Origin: Candidatus Latescibacterota bacterium
Lineage (GTDB): Bacteria; Latescibacterota; UBA2968; GCA-2709665
Assembly: GCA_963667175.2 (NCBI GenBank)
Contig: CAXXXF010000016.1
Location: 434,256 to 498,255, forward strand
Length of the DNA: 64,000 nucleotides
Reading direction: 5' to 3'
Position numbers and translations under genes: made by a program. This document shows, one piece after another, positions 1 to 10,764 of this stretch (position 1 is its first letter; every line of letters starts with the position of its first letter). The notes under the pieces were generated by a model that saw nothing but the letters and a program-made list of their open reading frames with translations, was not told the DNA's origin and made no database searches.

Positions 1-131
1 GAATAGATCCCGTTCGCGGTCAGATCCAGCCGAAAAAACAGGTCTCTCGACACGAAGTTCAACGCCGCGACGATTACGACCGCCAGGAGCAGATAGATGG
101 TGAACGAACGTCTATTGTGAACCGCAAACAT
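1..131 (-). CDS. GldG-like ABC transporter auxiliary protein, N-terminus (runs off window)
   Basis: Manual translation from ATG at 131: MFAVHNRRSFTIYLLLAVVIVAALNFVSRDLFFRLDLTANGIYS; TM helix then the RLDLT..Y motif typical of GldG N-termini; directly downstream of GldA/GldF-like genes. Confidence 0.8.
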   Translation of the reverse strand, partial: MFAVHNRRSFTIYLLLAVVIVAALNFVSRDLFFRLDLTANGIY

Positions 132-134
132 CGA

Positions 135-848
135 CTACCTCCACTTCCTCATCTCGAGAACCCGCAGGGTGAGCGCCAGAAACAACCAGATCATCCCCGC
201 GAAATAGACAAGATTCCTCGAATCGATAACGCCGCGCGCAATATTCGACAGGTGGAAGTCCACACTGACGTATTGGGCGATCGTCGCCAGCCCGGCCGGT
301 ATGAAAAGCAGCAGTTTGTCCAGCAGGAAAAACACCATCACGATCGCGATCGAGATAATCAACGAAACCACCTGGTTCTCCGTCAGGCTGCTTGCAAACG
401 TGCCAACCGCGGCATAAAACGCGCCGACGAGAACGAGTCCGATGTATCCGGTAATGACCGCGCCGACGTCGACGTGGGTCCCCACGACAAGGAGCGTGAG
501 AAAATGCACCAGCGTAAACAGCAGCCCCACCACGATCAGGCTCACCGCCGCCAGGTATTTGCCCGCGACGAATTCAACGTCCTGGATGGGCATGGTGGTC
601 AATACTTCCATGGTGCCCAGGTTCTTCTCTTTCGCGACCAGTCCCATCGAAATGGCCGGCACGAAGAACAGGAAGACCAGCGGGACGATGTTGAAAAGGG
701 CGCGCATATCCGACTGTCCGATAAGGAAGAACGTGCTCGTGAAAAAGTAACCGCTCAAAACCGCGAAGATCACGAGAAATATATAGGCCATGGGGCTGTT
801 GAAATAGGAACGAAGTTCCTTGAGATAGATCGCCTTCGTATTACGCAT
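135..848 (-). CDS. ABC-2 type permease, GldF-like
   Basis: KELRSYFNSPMAY start, EKNLGTMEVL motif, RGVIDSRNLVYF, multiple TM helices; overlaps the ATPase gene. Confidence 0.9.
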   Translation of the reverse strand: MRNTKAIYLKELRSYFNSPMAYIFLVIFAVLSGYFFTSTFFLIGQSDMRALFNIVPLVFLFFVPAISMGLVAKEKNLGTMEVLTTMPIQDVEFVAGKYLAAVSLIVVGLLFTLVHFLTLLVVGTHVDVGAVITGYIGLVLVGAFYAAVGTFASSLTENQVVSLIISIAIVMVFFLLDKLLLFIPAGLATIAQYVSVDFHLSNIARGVIDSRNLVYFAGMIWLFLALTLRVLEMRKWR

Positions 849-1785
849 CGGACGGCCCCTCCGCGGTGAGGTTTCTGAATACGTCCTCCAGTTGAACCCG
901 GGCCTGGCTCATCTCCAGGATCACCCATCCATGGTCTCTGGCATAGTGAAAAATGCGCTCCCTGGGATCCGTGTCGCGGTCGTATTCCAGAACGAGCGTT
1001 CGAGACCCGTTGCTTTCCGCCGTGCCGGAAAGCACGACGCCCTCCAGCCGTTCCGGCAGCCGCCGCACGCTATCGTCTTCCGCCTGTCTGACCTCCAGCG
1101 TCAACTGCGTCTGTCCCCGGAAGCTGGACATCAACTCCTCCCGCAGACCGTCCGCGACGATTTCACCATTGTGAATGATGATGATGCGGTCCACCGTCGC
1201 TTCGATTTCCTGCAGGATGTGGCTGGACATGATCAGCGTCTTCTCGCGGCCGAGAGACCGGATCAGTTCCCGGATTTCCACAATCTGGTTGGGATCCAGC
1301 CCGGTCACGGGTTCGTCCAGAATCAGGATATCCGGATCGTGCAGCATGGCCGTTGCCAAGCCGATCCGCTGTTTATACCCCTTGGAACACTCCTGCACCG
1401 CCCGGTGAACCACGCCGGCGAGACCGCACTGCTCAACAACGCGTTCCAATGCCTGCCGGAACACCCGTCCCTCCATGCGTCGGATCGTCGCAATAAAGGA
1501 AAGCAGGTCGTAGACGATCATTTCACCGTAGAGCGGATTCAGTTCCGGCAGGTACCCCACCCTCCTGCGGATCTCCAGGGAATCGTCCATGATGTTCATA
1601 TCGTCCACGAATACGTCGCCGCCAGTTGCCGACAGGTAGCCGGTCATCACCTTCAGCGTGGTTGACTTGCCGGCCCCGTTCTCGCCCAGAAATCCCAGAA
1701 TTTCGCCATCGTTAACCTGGAAACTGATATCCCGAACGGCCCGGACGTCACCGTAGTTCTTGACCAAGTTTTCCACCCGGATCAT
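841..1785 (-). CDS. ABC transporter ATP-binding protein, GldA-like
   Basis: Walker A GENGAGKST, signature SKGYKQR, Walker B ILILDEP, SSH switch. Confidence 0.93.
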   Translation of the reverse strand: MIRVENLVKNYGDVRAVRDISFQVNDGEILGFLGENGAGKSTTLKVMTGYLSATGGDVFVDDMNIMDDSLEIRRRVGYLPELNPLYGEMIVYDLLSFIATIRRMEGRVFRQALERVVEQCGLAGVVHRAVQECSKGYKQRIGLATAMLHDPDILILDEPVTGLDPNQIVEIRELIRSLGREKTLIMSSHILQEIEATVDRIIIIHNGEIVADGLREELMSSFRGQTQLTLEVRQAEDDSVRRLPERLEGVVLSGTAESNGSRTLVLEYDRDTDPRERIFHYARDHGWVILEMSQARVQLEDVFRNLTAEGPSDA

Positions 1786-1836
1786 GCACGGTCCTCCTTC
1801 AACCCATGGTGTGACGCACTAAAATTCAACCGGGAA

Positions 1837-1865
1837 ATTTTAAAGAAAAAGACAAATCCTGTCAA
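1837..1865 (-). promoter_or_regulatory. Sigma70-type promoter for the ABC operon
   Basis: Minus strand TTGACA (1865-1860), 17-nt spacer, TAAAAT (1842-1837). Confidence 0.7.
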
Positions 1866-1993
1866 GCCCCCGGCACGAAAAAAAGAAATCACACGCATCC
1901 GCGACCCGCAACGTTCGGATGCCCGGCGCGCGCACGCCGAGACGGGCTGAGCCGAACGCGCGGAAACGAAATGGCGCATACGCCTGATTTTTC

Positions 1994-2022
1994 TTGACAC
2001 GCCATTACAAATCCAGTATTAT
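1994..2022 (+). promoter_or_regulatory. Sigma70-type promoter for the ilvN-leu operon
   Basis: TTGACA (1994-1999), 17-nt spacer, TATTAT (2017-2022). Confidence 0.75.
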
Positions 2023-2066
2023 TCGGATTTTAAGATCCGGATGGATCCCTATCGGAGAGTGCGACG

Positions 2067-2216
2067 ATGAATTCTCACCCTTTGCGTAGCGCACCGGCAA
2101 CCTCCGGCGCCTTCCCCGTACCGGCTTCGCGCGCGGCTTTCGTCGCAAGCACGGATTTTCTTTTTCTCCCCGCGTCCTCCAGCCTCTTGTTGTCCGCCAT
2201 CCTTCCGGACAATTGA
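2067..2216 (+). promoter_or_regulatory. Putative leader peptide (49 aa) of a leucine-responsive attenuator
   Basis: GGAGAG RBS at 2054-2059; [49 protein letters not shown]; the Leu run CTC TTG TTG overlaps stem AGCCTCTTGT (2181-2190)/ACAAGAGGCT (2223-2232). Confidence 0.55.
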
Positions 2217-2343
2217 ACGCACACAAGAGGCTCTCTTCCACGTCGAATCACCTGAAAACTCAAAATACGCCGATCCCGGAACGAGCCTCTCGGGCGATCG
2301 CCAGGCCCTTGCCCTGTCATGTCTTTGCCATGAGGAACGAACA

Positions 2344-2871
2344 ATGCCGACAAGACATACCATTTCCGCGCTGGTCGAGAACCACTTCGGCGTTCTGTGC
2401 CGCATTTCCGGCCTCTTTTCCAGCCGCGGGTTCAACATCGACAGCCTCTCGGTCGGAGAAACCGAAGATCCCACCATTTCCCGCATGACCATTGTCGTGA
2501 GGGGCGACGACCGTGTACTGGAGCAGGTGGTCAAACAACTCAATCGGCTCGTGGACGTCATCCGGGTCATTGACATCACCCAGGGTGAATTCGTCGAGCG
2601 CGAACTGGCGCTCATCAACGTGAAGACACGAGTCGACACGCGATCCGAAATCATTCAGATCGCGGAAATCTTCAGGGCAGGCGTTGTGGACGTCAGCACC
2701 AACTCGATGACCATCGAAGTCACCGGGAAAGAGGACAAAATCGCGGCAATGATCAACATGCTGCGCGACTACGGGATCAATGAAATCGCCAGGACCGGCA
2801 CAGTCGCGCTTCTGCGGGACTCCCAGATGAAGAAAGACGCCGAAGCCGTGAAACAGCAGAGCGTACCGTGA
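2344..2871 (+). CDS. ilvN: Acetolactate synthase small (regulatory) subunit
   Basis: ACT domain: [34 protein letters not shown]; C-terminal EIARTG. Confidence 0.95.
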   Translation: MPTRHTISALVENHFGVLCRISGLFSSRGFNIDSLSVGETEDPTISRMTIVVRGDDRVLEQVVKQLNRLVDVIRVIDITQGEFVERELALINVKTRVDTRSEIIQIAEIFRAGVVDVSTNSMTIEVTGKEDKIAAMINMLRDYGINEIARTGTVALLRDSQMKKDAEAVKQQSVP

Positions 2872-3029
2872 AACGGGCAGAACCCGACAAAGCACACGAC
2901 GGACCGAATTCACCTCTCATCTCGATTCGGAAACGTGAAGCCCCTGCCGGGATTTGCGGCTTGCCCGCAATCGGGCGGGTTTCTGAACCGCCGGTTGCCT
3001 GATCCGGTCGAAGGAGGCGAAAACACCCC

Positions 3030-4574
3030 ATGGACAGTCGAGACCGTGTCATCATCTTCGACACCACGTTGCGCGACGCCGAACAAACGCCCGGCGCCAA
3101 ACTCTCGGTACGGGAGAAGGTGGAAATCGCTCAGCAACTCGGCAGACTGAAGGTGGACGTCATCGAAGCCGGCTTTCCGATCTCGTCGGCAGAAGACTTC
3201 GAAGCGGTACGGCGAATCGGACAGGAAGTCGAAGGTTCGGCCGTATGCGGCCTTTCCAGGGCCGTCATAAAGGATATCGATCGTGCCGGCGAAGCGCTCA
3301 GAGACGCCGCCAATCCCAGGATCCACACGTTCATCGGCACCTCGCCGAACCATATCGCGATGGTCGGCAAATCCACCGACGAGGTTTTCGGCATGGCCGT
3401 CGATGCCGTCAAGAGGGCGAGGGCGTACGTCGATGACGTCGAATTCTCGCCTATGGACGCCGCCCGTACAGAACCCGGGTACCTCTATGCGATCATAGAG
3501 GCCACCATTGAAGCCGGCGCATCCACGGTGAACATTCCCGATACCGTGGGCTATGCCGTCCCCGAACAGTTCGGCGGCCTCATCCGAAATATACGCGAGA
3601 ATGTCCCCAATATAGACCGGGCCGTCATCAGCGTGCACTGTCACGACGACCTCGGGATGGCGGTCATCAACAGTCTCACAGCCATCCTGAACGGCGCGCG
3701 GCAGGCGGAATGCACCGTCAACGGCCTGGGCGAGCGCGCGGGCAACGCCTCGCTCGAGGAAATCGTGATGGCAATTCGCACACGGGGAGATTATTTCCGG
3801 CTGTATACGAATATAGACACAAAGGAAATCTGTCCGACAAGCCGGCTCGTAAGCCGGTTGATGGGCATCCCCGTTGCGCCCAACAAGGCAATTGTGGGCG
3901 CCAACGCCTTCGCGCACAGTTCCGGTATACACCAGGACGGCGTCCTGAAAAACCGTACAAACTTCGAAATCATCGACCCGAAAGACGTAGGCCTCGAAGC
4001 CACGAGCATCGTGCTCACGGCAAGATCGGGACGACACGCCCTCCGGCACCGCCTCGAAGAACTGGGATACCACCTTGAACAGAACGACCTGAACAAGGCG
4101 TACGAGCGATTCCTTATCGTTGCCGACAAGAAAAAGGAAGTGTACGACGAAGACCTTATGGCCATTGTCGAGGACGAGATCCGGGATATCCCCGAAAAAT
4201 ACAAGCTTCAGTATATGCACACCACCAGCGGCACCGGCACCATCCCCTCCGCCACCGTGCGGATTTGCATTGACGGCGAAAGTGAAATCCAGGAGTCCGC
4301 CTGGGGCGATGGCCCGGTCGACGCCACCTACAAGGCCATCGCCAACGCCACTTCGACGGACGCCCGGGTCGACGAATACCATATCCGTTCCGTCACCCAC
4401 GGCGCGGAAGCGATGGGTGAAGTGACCGTTAAAGTAACCGGGCAGGAAGACGGCGCCACGGGCAGGGGCGCATCGACGGACATCATCCAGGCCAGCGCAA
4501 AGGCCTACATCGACGCCCTGAATCACCTTGCCTTGCGCGCGGGCGTAAGGCGGCACCGGACGGAAGCGGTATAG
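3030..4574 (+). CDS. leuA: 2-isopropylmalate synthase
   Basis: IFDTTLRDAEQTPG, HCHDDLG, NGLGERAGN, HSSGIHQDG, C-terminal regulatory domain (GDGPVDA, STDII). Confidence 0.95.
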   Translation: MDSRDRVIIFDTTLRDAEQTPGAKLSVREKVEIAQQLGRLKVDVIEAGFPISSAEDFEAVRRIGQEVEGSAVCGLSRAVIKDIDRAGEALRDAANPRIHTFIGTSPNHIAMVGKSTDEVFGMAVDAVKRARAYVDDVEFSPMDAARTEPGYLYAIIEATIEAGASTVNIPDTVGYAVPEQFGGLIRNIRENVPNIDRAVISVHCHDDLGMAVINSLTAILNGARQAECTVNGLGERAGNASLEEIVMAIRTRGDYFRLYTNIDTKEICPTSRLVSRLMGIPVAPNKAIVGANAFAHSSGIHQDGVLKNRTNFEIIDPKDVGLEATSIVLTARSGRHALRHRLEELGYHLEQNDLNKAYERFLIVADKKKEVYDEDLMAIVEDEIRDIPEKYKLQYMHTTSGTGTIPSATVRICIDGESEIQESAWGDGPVDATYKAIANATSTDARVDEYHIRSVTHGAEAMGEVTVKVTGQEDGATGRGASTDIIQASAKAYIDALNHLALRAGVRRHRTEAV

Positions 4575-4640
4575 TAACGGAAGGACCATTCAGCGCGAAT
4601 TTCCGGCTGCGAACCGTAATATCCGGAGGTTGCACCACCC

Positions 4641-6044
4641 ATGGGCAAGAGTCTGTTTTACAAAGTGTGGGACGCCCACGCCGTTCGCGAACTACCATCG
4701 GGCCAGACCCAGCTCTTCATTGGTCTGCATCTGATTCACGAAGTAACGAGCCCCCAGGCGTTTCAGATGATGCGCGAACGCAGTCTCAAAGTCGCCTATC
4801 CGGAGCGCACCTTTGCCACGGTGGACCATATCGTGCCCACCGATATCCGTACCCGCCCGCTGATGGATCCCATGGCGGAAGAGATGCTCGGCGCGATCGA
4901 GGAAAACTCGCGGGAATTCGATATTCCCCTCTTCAATCTCCACGACGACCGTCAGGGCATCGTCCATATCATCGGTCCCGAACTCGGGCTCACGCAACCG
5001 GGCATGACCATCGCCTGCGGCGACAGCCACACGTCCACCCACGGGGCGTTCGGCGCCATCGCCTTCGGTATCGGGACCTCGCAGGTGCGCGACGTCCTCG
5101 CCACGCAGTGCCTCGCCATGCACCCGCTCAAGGTCCGCCGCATCGAAGTGACCGGCAGCCTCACGAACGGCGTGTACGCGAAAGACGTTATCCTCAACGT
5201 CATCCGCCGGCTCGGCGTCAAGGGCGGCGTCGGCTACGCTTATGAATACGCCGGACCGGTAATCGACGGGTTGAGCATGGAAGAACGCATGTCCATCTGC
5301 AACATGTCCATCGAAGGCGGCGCCCGCGCGGGATACATCAATCCGGACCAGACCACGTTCGACTATCTCGCGGACCGGGCTTACTCGCCCTCCAACGGCG
5401 GGTTCGACCGGGCGGTGGACTGGTGGAAGACCATGGCCTCGGACGCCGACGCCCATTACGACGACGTCTTCGAGCTGGACGGGGCGGCGCTCGAGCCCAC
5501 CGTGACATGGGGCATCACTCCCGGCCAGGGCGTTTACGTGACCGAAAGAGTCCCCGCCCTGCGGGATCTTCGTGACGACGAACGGGACGTCGCCGCCGAA
5601 GCCTACGAATATATGGATTTCGACGCAGGCAGCCCGATCGCGGGTACGCCAATCGACGTTGCGTTCATCGGCTCCTGCACCAACGGCCGGATTTCCGATC
5701 TTCGAGAGGCCGCCAGCGTTGTGAAGGGGCACAGCGTGTCGGCCAACGTCAAGGCCCTCGTGGTACCCGGCTCGGCGGCCGTGCGCAGGAACGCGGAATC
5801 GGAAGGTTTGCATGAGATTTTCCGTGAAGCCGGGTTTGAATGGAGAGAAGCAGGTTGTTCCATGTGTCTGGCCATGAACCCGGACAAGCTCCAGCACCGC
5901 CAGATCTGCGCTTCCTCGAGCAACCGGAATTTCAAGGGCCGCCAGGGCAGCCCCACGGGCCGCACCCTGCTGATGAGCCCGGCCATGGTCGCCGCCGCGG
6001 CCGTTTGCGGCGAAGTGACAGACGTACGTGCCATGCTCACGTGA
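4641..6044 (+). CDS. leuC: 3-isopropylmalate dehydratase large subunit
   Basis: [48 protein letters not shown]. Confidence 0.97.
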   Translation: MGKSLFYKVWDAHAVRELPSGQTQLFIGLHLIHEVTSPQAFQMMRERSLKVAYPERTFATVDHIVPTDIRTRPLMDPMAEEMLGAIEENSREFDIPLFNLHDDRQGIVHIIGPELGLTQPGMTIACGDSHTSTHGAFGAIAFGIGTSQVRDVLATQCLAMHPLKVRRIEVTGSLTNGVYAKDVILNVIRRLGVKGGVGYAYEYAGPVIDGLSMEERMSICNMSIEGGARAGYINPDQTTFDYLADRAYSPSNGGFDRAVDWWKTMASDADAHYDDVFELDGAALEPTVTWGITPGQGVYVTERVPALRDLRDDERDVAAEAYEYMDFDAGSPIAGTPIDVAFIGSCTNGRISDLREAASVVKGHSVSANVKALVVPGSAAVRRNAESEGLHEIFREAGFEWREAGCSMCLAMNPDKLQHRQICASSSNRNFKGRQGSPTGRTLLMSPAMVAAAAVCGEVTDVRAMLT

Positions 6045-6056
6045 AAGGGCATCCTG

Positions 6057-6653
6057 ATGAACGGCGCATCCTCCACAGTCACCCGCGTGTCCGGTCGAGG
6101 CATCCCGGTACGGGGCAACGACGTCGATACCGACCGGATCATTCCCGCCAGGTACCTGCGCAAGATCACGTTCGAGGGTCTGGGGGAGTTCGCCTTTGAA
6201 GACGAACGTAAATCCACGGACCATCCTTTCGACGACGCCCGGTACCGGGGTGCGTCCATTCTGGTGGTCAATGCCAACTTCGGATGCGGATCCTCCCGTG
6301 AACACGCGCCGCAGGCGATCATGCGCCGGGGTATCAGGGCCATCGTGGGCGAGTCGTTTGCCGAGATCTTCCAGGGCAACTGCACCGCGATGGGTTTGCC
6401 CTGCGTAACGGCGTCCGCTGCGAGCATTCAGACGCTGATGGAGGCCATCGAATCCGATCCGACACGGGAGATCAGCGTCGACCTGGAAGCAAAAACCCTG
6501 GCTTGCGTCGACCTGGGCGTCGAGGTCCGGATCCCGGACGGCGACCGAATTCAGCTCCTGGAAGGGACGTGGGACGCCACCGGGATGCTTCTGGCCGGCC
6601 GTGAGGCCGTTCGCTGCGTTGCGCGAAATCTCCCCTACATCTCAGGTTTCTAA
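6057..6653 (+). CDS. leuD: 3-isopropylmalate dehydratase small subunit
   Basis: NDVDTDRIIPARYL, NFGCGSSREHAPQA, SFAEIF. Confidence 0.96.
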   Translation: MNGASSTVTRVSGRGIPVRGNDVDTDRIIPARYLRKITFEGLGEFAFEDERKSTDHPFDDARYRGASILVVNANFGCGSSREHAPQAIMRRGIRAIVGESFAEIFQGNCTAMGLPCVTASAASIQTLMEAIESDPTREISVDLEAKTLACVDLGVEVRIPDGDRIQLLEGTWDATGMLLAGREAVRCVARNLPYISGF

Positions 6654-6670
6654 CCCTTTGGAGGAACCCA

Positions 6671-7735
6671 TTGTCCTATAAGATCGCAGTCATCCCCGGC
6701 GACGGCACCGGCCCGGAGGTTGTCGTCGAAGGCCTGAAATGCGTCACAGCCATCGCGCAAAAGTGCGGTTTCGACTTTGAACCGGTTACCTTCGATTTCG
6801 GCGGCGATCGGTACCTGAGAACCGGCGAAACCCTGCCGGACTCGGCGATCGAGGAACTCCGGGGGTTCGACGCCATCTATCTGGGCGCGATCGGCCATCC
6901 GGACGTCCGGCCCGGGATCCTTGAGAAGGGCATTCTCCTGAGAACCCGCTTTGAACTCGACCAGTACATCAATCTGCGTCCGGTCAAGCTGTATCCCAGC
7001 GTGGACTGCCCTCTTAAGGACAAGGGCCCCGAGGACGTCGATTTTGTCGTCGTGCGCGAAAATACCGAGGGCCTCTATTCCGGCGCGGGCGGATTCCTGA
7101 AGAAGGGCACCCCCGACGAGGTCGCCGTCCAGGAGTCCGTCAATACCCGCAAGGGCGTCGAGCGCTGCCTGAGGTATGCCTTCGAATACACGCGCAGGCG
7201 CAAGCGGGAGAATACCCTTACCCTTTGCGGCAAGACCAACGTGCTGACCTTTGCCTTCGATCTCTGGGAGCGCGTGTTCAACGAAGTCGGAAGTGCCGAG
7301 TACCCCGATGTCAAGCGGGACTATGCTCACGTTGACGCGATTACGATGTGGATGGTAAAAAACCCGGAGTGGTTCGACGTCATTGTCACCGACAACATGT
7401 TCGGCGACGTCATCACCGACCTGGGGGCGATGATTCAGGGCGGCATGGGCGTCGCGGCCGGTGGAAACATCAACCCCAAGGGCGTCTCCATGTTCGAGCC
7501 CATCGGTGGCTCGGCGCCCAAATACACCGGTATGGGGGTCATCAATCCCGTGGCCGGCATCGCCGCCGCGCAGATGATGCTCGACGTTCTGGGCGAAACC
7601 GACGGCGCCGCCATTCTGGAAAGCGCGATCATCCACGTCGTAGGCGCCAGACTCAAGGGGATGGGCGCCGGAGAGATGGGCTGCAACACCTCCGAAGTCG
7701 GCGACCTCATCGCTGACGCAGTCGCACGCGCATAG
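6671..7735 (+). CDS. leuB: 3-isopropylmalate dehydrogenase
   Basis: [39 protein letters not shown]; TTG start after GGAGG; leu operon context. Confidence 0.93.
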   Translation: MSYKIAVIPGDGTGPEVVVEGLKCVTAIAQKCGFDFEPVTFDFGGDRYLRTGETLPDSAIEELRGFDAIYLGAIGHPDVRPGILEKGILLRTRFELDQYINLRPVKLYPSVDCPLKDKGPEDVDFVVVRENTEGLYSGAGGFLKKGTPDEVAVQESVNTRKGVERCLRYAFEYTRRRKRENTLTLCGKTNVLTFAFDLWERVFNEVGSAEYPDVKRDYAHVDAITMWMVKNPEWFDVIVTDNMFGDVITDLGAMIQGGMGVAAGGNINPKGVSMFEPIGGSAPKYTGMGVINPVAGIAAAQMMLDVLGETDGAAILESAIIHVVGARLKGMGAGEMGCNTSEVGDLIADAVARA

Positions 7736-7920
7736 CTGGGGAATCCCGGAGATAGCGCACGTGAGATCACGGGAAGGGAAGTGGAATCAGCCGGGCGGCC
7801 GCCGCCGCCCGGACCGCATTGGATCGGCGGACGATTGATTTCGAGGACGCGACCCCCGGCCGACCGGGCGCGCCTGTTCGAGACCCGCCAATCTCCAATC
7901 CAATGCATAGGGAGCTATTC

Positions 7921-9528
7921 ATGTCCAACCACGTACAGATATACGATTCCACCCTGAGGGACGGCGCACAGGCCGAAGGCATCGCGTTTTCGCTGGATGA
8001 CAAGCTGATGATCGCGCAGCGCCTCGACGAACTCGGTGTTCACTACATCGAGGGCGGGTGGCCGAATCCCACCAATCCCAAAGACCTTGAATTCTTCGAT
8101 CGCATCAGCGAACTCCCGCTCGAGAACGCGAAGGTTGCCGCCTTCGGCAGCACCCGCCGGGCGAACAAGCACCCGGAGGACGACGCCATTCTCAACACCC
8201 TGCTCCAGGCGGGCACGAACGTGGTCACCCTCTTCGGCAAGTCCTGGGAACTGCACGTCACCCACGTCCTCCGCACCACTCGCGACGAAAACCTGAAACT
8301 CATCCGGGACTCCGTCGCGTACATCGGATCGAACGGGCGTGAGGTCGTCTACGACGCGGAACACTTCTTCGACGGGTACAAGGCCGACCCGCACTACGCC
8401 GTCGCCACGCTGCTGGCCGCGCAGGACGGCGGCGCCCGCATTCTCGTCCTTTGCGACACCAACGGCGGCACCCTGCCCACGGAACTGCAGGAAATCATCG
8501 AAGACGTAAAGCGAAAGATCAGCCTGCCGTTCGGGATCCACTCCCACAACGACGCCGGCGTGGGGGTCGCCAACGCGCTTGTGGCCGTAGAAATGGGCGC
8601 GGCACAGGTACAGGGTACATTCAACGGATACGGTGAGCGCTGCGGCAACGCCAATCTCTGTTCCATCATTCCGAGTCTCGAACTGAAACTCGATAAAACC
8701 AGCATCGGCCCCGGAAAACTGGCGAAATTGATGGACTTCTCCCGTTTCCTGAGCGAAATCGCAAACGTCCATCACGACCACCGGCAGCCCTACGTGGGCG
8801 AGAGCGCGTTCGCGCACAAGGGCGGGGTTCACATCGACGCCATGGTCAAACAGCCGGCCACCTACGAACACTGCGATCCCGAGGAGGTCGGGAACGAGCG
8901 GCGCTTTCTCCTGTCCGAGCAGTCCGGAAGCGCCACCATCGCCGCCAAGTTGAATCACCTCATCCCCGGACTCGACAAAAAACATCCGGCGCTTCAGCGC
9001 ATTCTTCGACAGATCAAGCAACTCGAAAACGAGGGCTACGTGTTCGAGGCCGCGGAGGCATCCTTCGAGATTCTGGCGCGCAAGGCGCTGGGCGCCATTT
9101 CCGACCCGTTCCGGTTAATCGGATTCCGCACCATCAACCGCAAATCCGCGGAAGCGACGGAAGTCGAAGCGATCGTCAAAGTCGAGGTGGAGGGTCGGAC
9201 CTATCATACGGTTGCCGATGGAGACGGTCCGGTAAACGCGCTGGACGCGGCGCTGCGGCAGGGCCTGGAGCAGGAGTACCCCATCCTCAAGGACGTCCAC
9301 CTGGAAGACTACAAGGTCCGCGTCCTCTCCGCCCACGACGGCACCGCCGCAAAGGTACGGGTACTCATCGAGTCCTCGGACAGCCGGAGAATCTGGAATA
9401 CGATCGGCGTGTCCGAAAATATCATAGAAGCCAGCTGGATCGCTCTGGTCGACAGCCTCACGTACAAGCTGCTGATGGAGGGCGTGCTTGCAAACAGCGA
9501 ACCGATCCTGCATGAAGCGCTGGCGTGA
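7921..9528 (+). CDS. cimA: Citramalate synthase (LeuA paralog)
   Basis: YDSTLRDGAQAEG, YIEGGWP, AFGSTRR, YDAEHFFDG, AFAHKGGVH, DYKVRVL; start placed at ATG 7921 after GGAG. Confidence 0.9.
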   Translation: MSNHVQIYDSTLRDGAQAEGIAFSLDDKLMIAQRLDELGVHYIEGGWPNPTNPKDLEFFDRISELPLENAKVAAFGSTRRANKHPEDDAILNTLLQAGTNVVTLFGKSWELHVTHVLRTTRDENLKLIRDSVAYIGSNGREVVYDAEHFFDGYKADPHYAVATLLAAQDGGARILVLCDTNGGTLPTELQEIIEDVKRKISLPFGIHSHNDAGVGVANALVAVEMGAAQVQGTFNGYGERCGNANLCSIIPSLELKLDKTSIGPGKLAKLMDFSRFLSEIANVHHDHRQPYVGESAFAHKGGVHIDAMVKQPATYEHCDPEEVGNERRFLLSEQSGSATIAAKLNHLIPGLDKKHPALQRILRQIKQLENEGYVFEAAEASFEILARKALGAISDPFRLIGFRTINRKSAEATEVEAIVKVEVEGRTYHTVADGDGPVNALDAALRQGLEQEYPILKDVHLEDYKVRVLSAHDGTAAKVRVLIESSDSRRIWNTIGVSENIIEASWIALVDSLTYKLLMEGVLANSEPILHEALA

Positions 9529-9580
9529 GTCCCGCACCCGCCGGGCCTGACGGACGCGGTTCTTTTTTCCGATTGCGAAA

Positions 9581-10753
9581 ATGAAAATCACCTCCCGTAG
9601 AATCGAACGCCTTCCGCCATATGTGTTTGCCGAGGTCAACGCGCACAAGATGCGCCTGCGCCGGCAGGGTGTGGATATCATCGACCTCGGGATGGGAAAT
9701 CCGGACCAGCCCACGCCGGCGCACATTGTGGACAAACTCATCGAAGTCGCCGGTGATCCGAAAACCCACCGCTATGCCCCGTCACAGGGCATCGCCGCAT
9801 TGCGCGCGGCCGTCTGCCGGCATTACAGACGGCGTTTCGGCGTCGAACTGGACCCCGACACGGAGGCCCTCGCGACCATCGGCTCCAAGGAGGGCCTCGC
9901 CCACATCTGCCTGGCGCTTCTGGATCCCGGCGATCTCGCGATTGTACCCAACCCGGCGTACCCGCTGCATCTCTACGGCGTGGCCATTGCAAACGGCAAT
10001 GTCCTGAGCCTTCCTCTCCGCCCGGAGAAAGAGTTCATCCCCGAAATCCGGATGGTGGCGAGGGAGCTGTGGCCAAAACCGAAAATGATGATTTTCAACT
10101 TCCCGAACAACCCCACGACAGCGACGGTTGACGCTGCTTTTTTCGAAGAGATCGTGGATTTCGCCCGGCGTCAGGAAATCGTCATCATCCACGATATGGC
10201 GTATTCCGACATCGTCTTCGACGGCTACCGGGCGCCCAGCCTGCTCCAGATGAAAGGGGCAAAGGAGGTGGGCGTGGAATTCTACACCATGTCCAAGACG
10301 TACAACATGGCCGGCTGGCGGGTCGGTTTCTGTCTGGGCAATCCGGAAGTCATCGAAGCGCTGAAGACGATAAAACACTACTACGACTATGGTATCTTCA
10401 CGCCCATCCAGGTCGCCGCAATCGCCGCCCTGGACGGTCCCCAGGACTGCGTCGTTCAGGCCGCTGAGATCTACCGATCCAGGCGTGACGTACTGGTCGA
10501 GGGACTCAACCGGATCGGCTGGCCCGTTTTCAAACCCAAGGCGTCGATGTTCATCTGGACGCCGATTCCCGACAAATACCGCTACCTGGGCTCCATGAGG
10601 TTTGCCCTCAAGATGATGGAAGAAGCGGAGGTCGCCGTTTCTCCCGGGATCGGTTTCGGCGACATGGGCGAAGGTTACGTGCGGATTTCTCTCATTGAAA
10701 ACGAGCACCGGATCCGTCAGGCCATCAGAAATATCAAGCGGGCATTCTTCTGA
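9581..10753 (+). CDS. PLP-dependent aminotransferase class I/II (AlaC/LL-DAP aminotransferase-like)
   Basis: LPPYVFAEV, DLGMGNPD, NFPNNPT, HDMAY, SKTYNMAGWRVG. Confidence 0.9.
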   Translation: MKITSRRIERLPPYVFAEVNAHKMRLRRQGVDIIDLGMGNPDQPTPAHIVDKLIEVAGDPKTHRYAPSQGIAALRAAVCRHYRRRFGVELDPDTEALATIGSKEGLAHICLALLDPGDLAIVPNPAYPLHLYGVAIANGNVLSLPLRPEKEFIPEIRMVARELWPKPKMMIFNFPNNPTTATVDAAFFEEIVDFARRQEIVIIHDMAYSDIVFDGYRAPSLLQMKGAKEVGVEFYTMSKTYNMAGWRVGFCLGNPEVIEALKTIKHYYDYGIFTPIQVAAIAALDGPQDCVVQAAEIYRSRRDVLVEGLNRIGWPVFKPKASMFIWTPIPDKYRYLGSMRFALKMMEEAEVAVSPGIGFGDMGEGYVRISLIENEHRIRQAIRNIKRAFF

Positions 10754-10764
10754 GAGGATCGGCT

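Noticed and set aside
1-1785. Gliding motility system
   Set aside because: GldA/F/G-like ABC transporters occur widely outside gliding Bacteroidota; no other gld/spr genes in the window
2910-9021. Long antisense ORFs (2910-4589, 4692-6305, 6650-7636, 7915-9021)
   Set aside because: Shadow frames opposite clearly identified leu/cim genes; expected in high-GC DNA; no motifs
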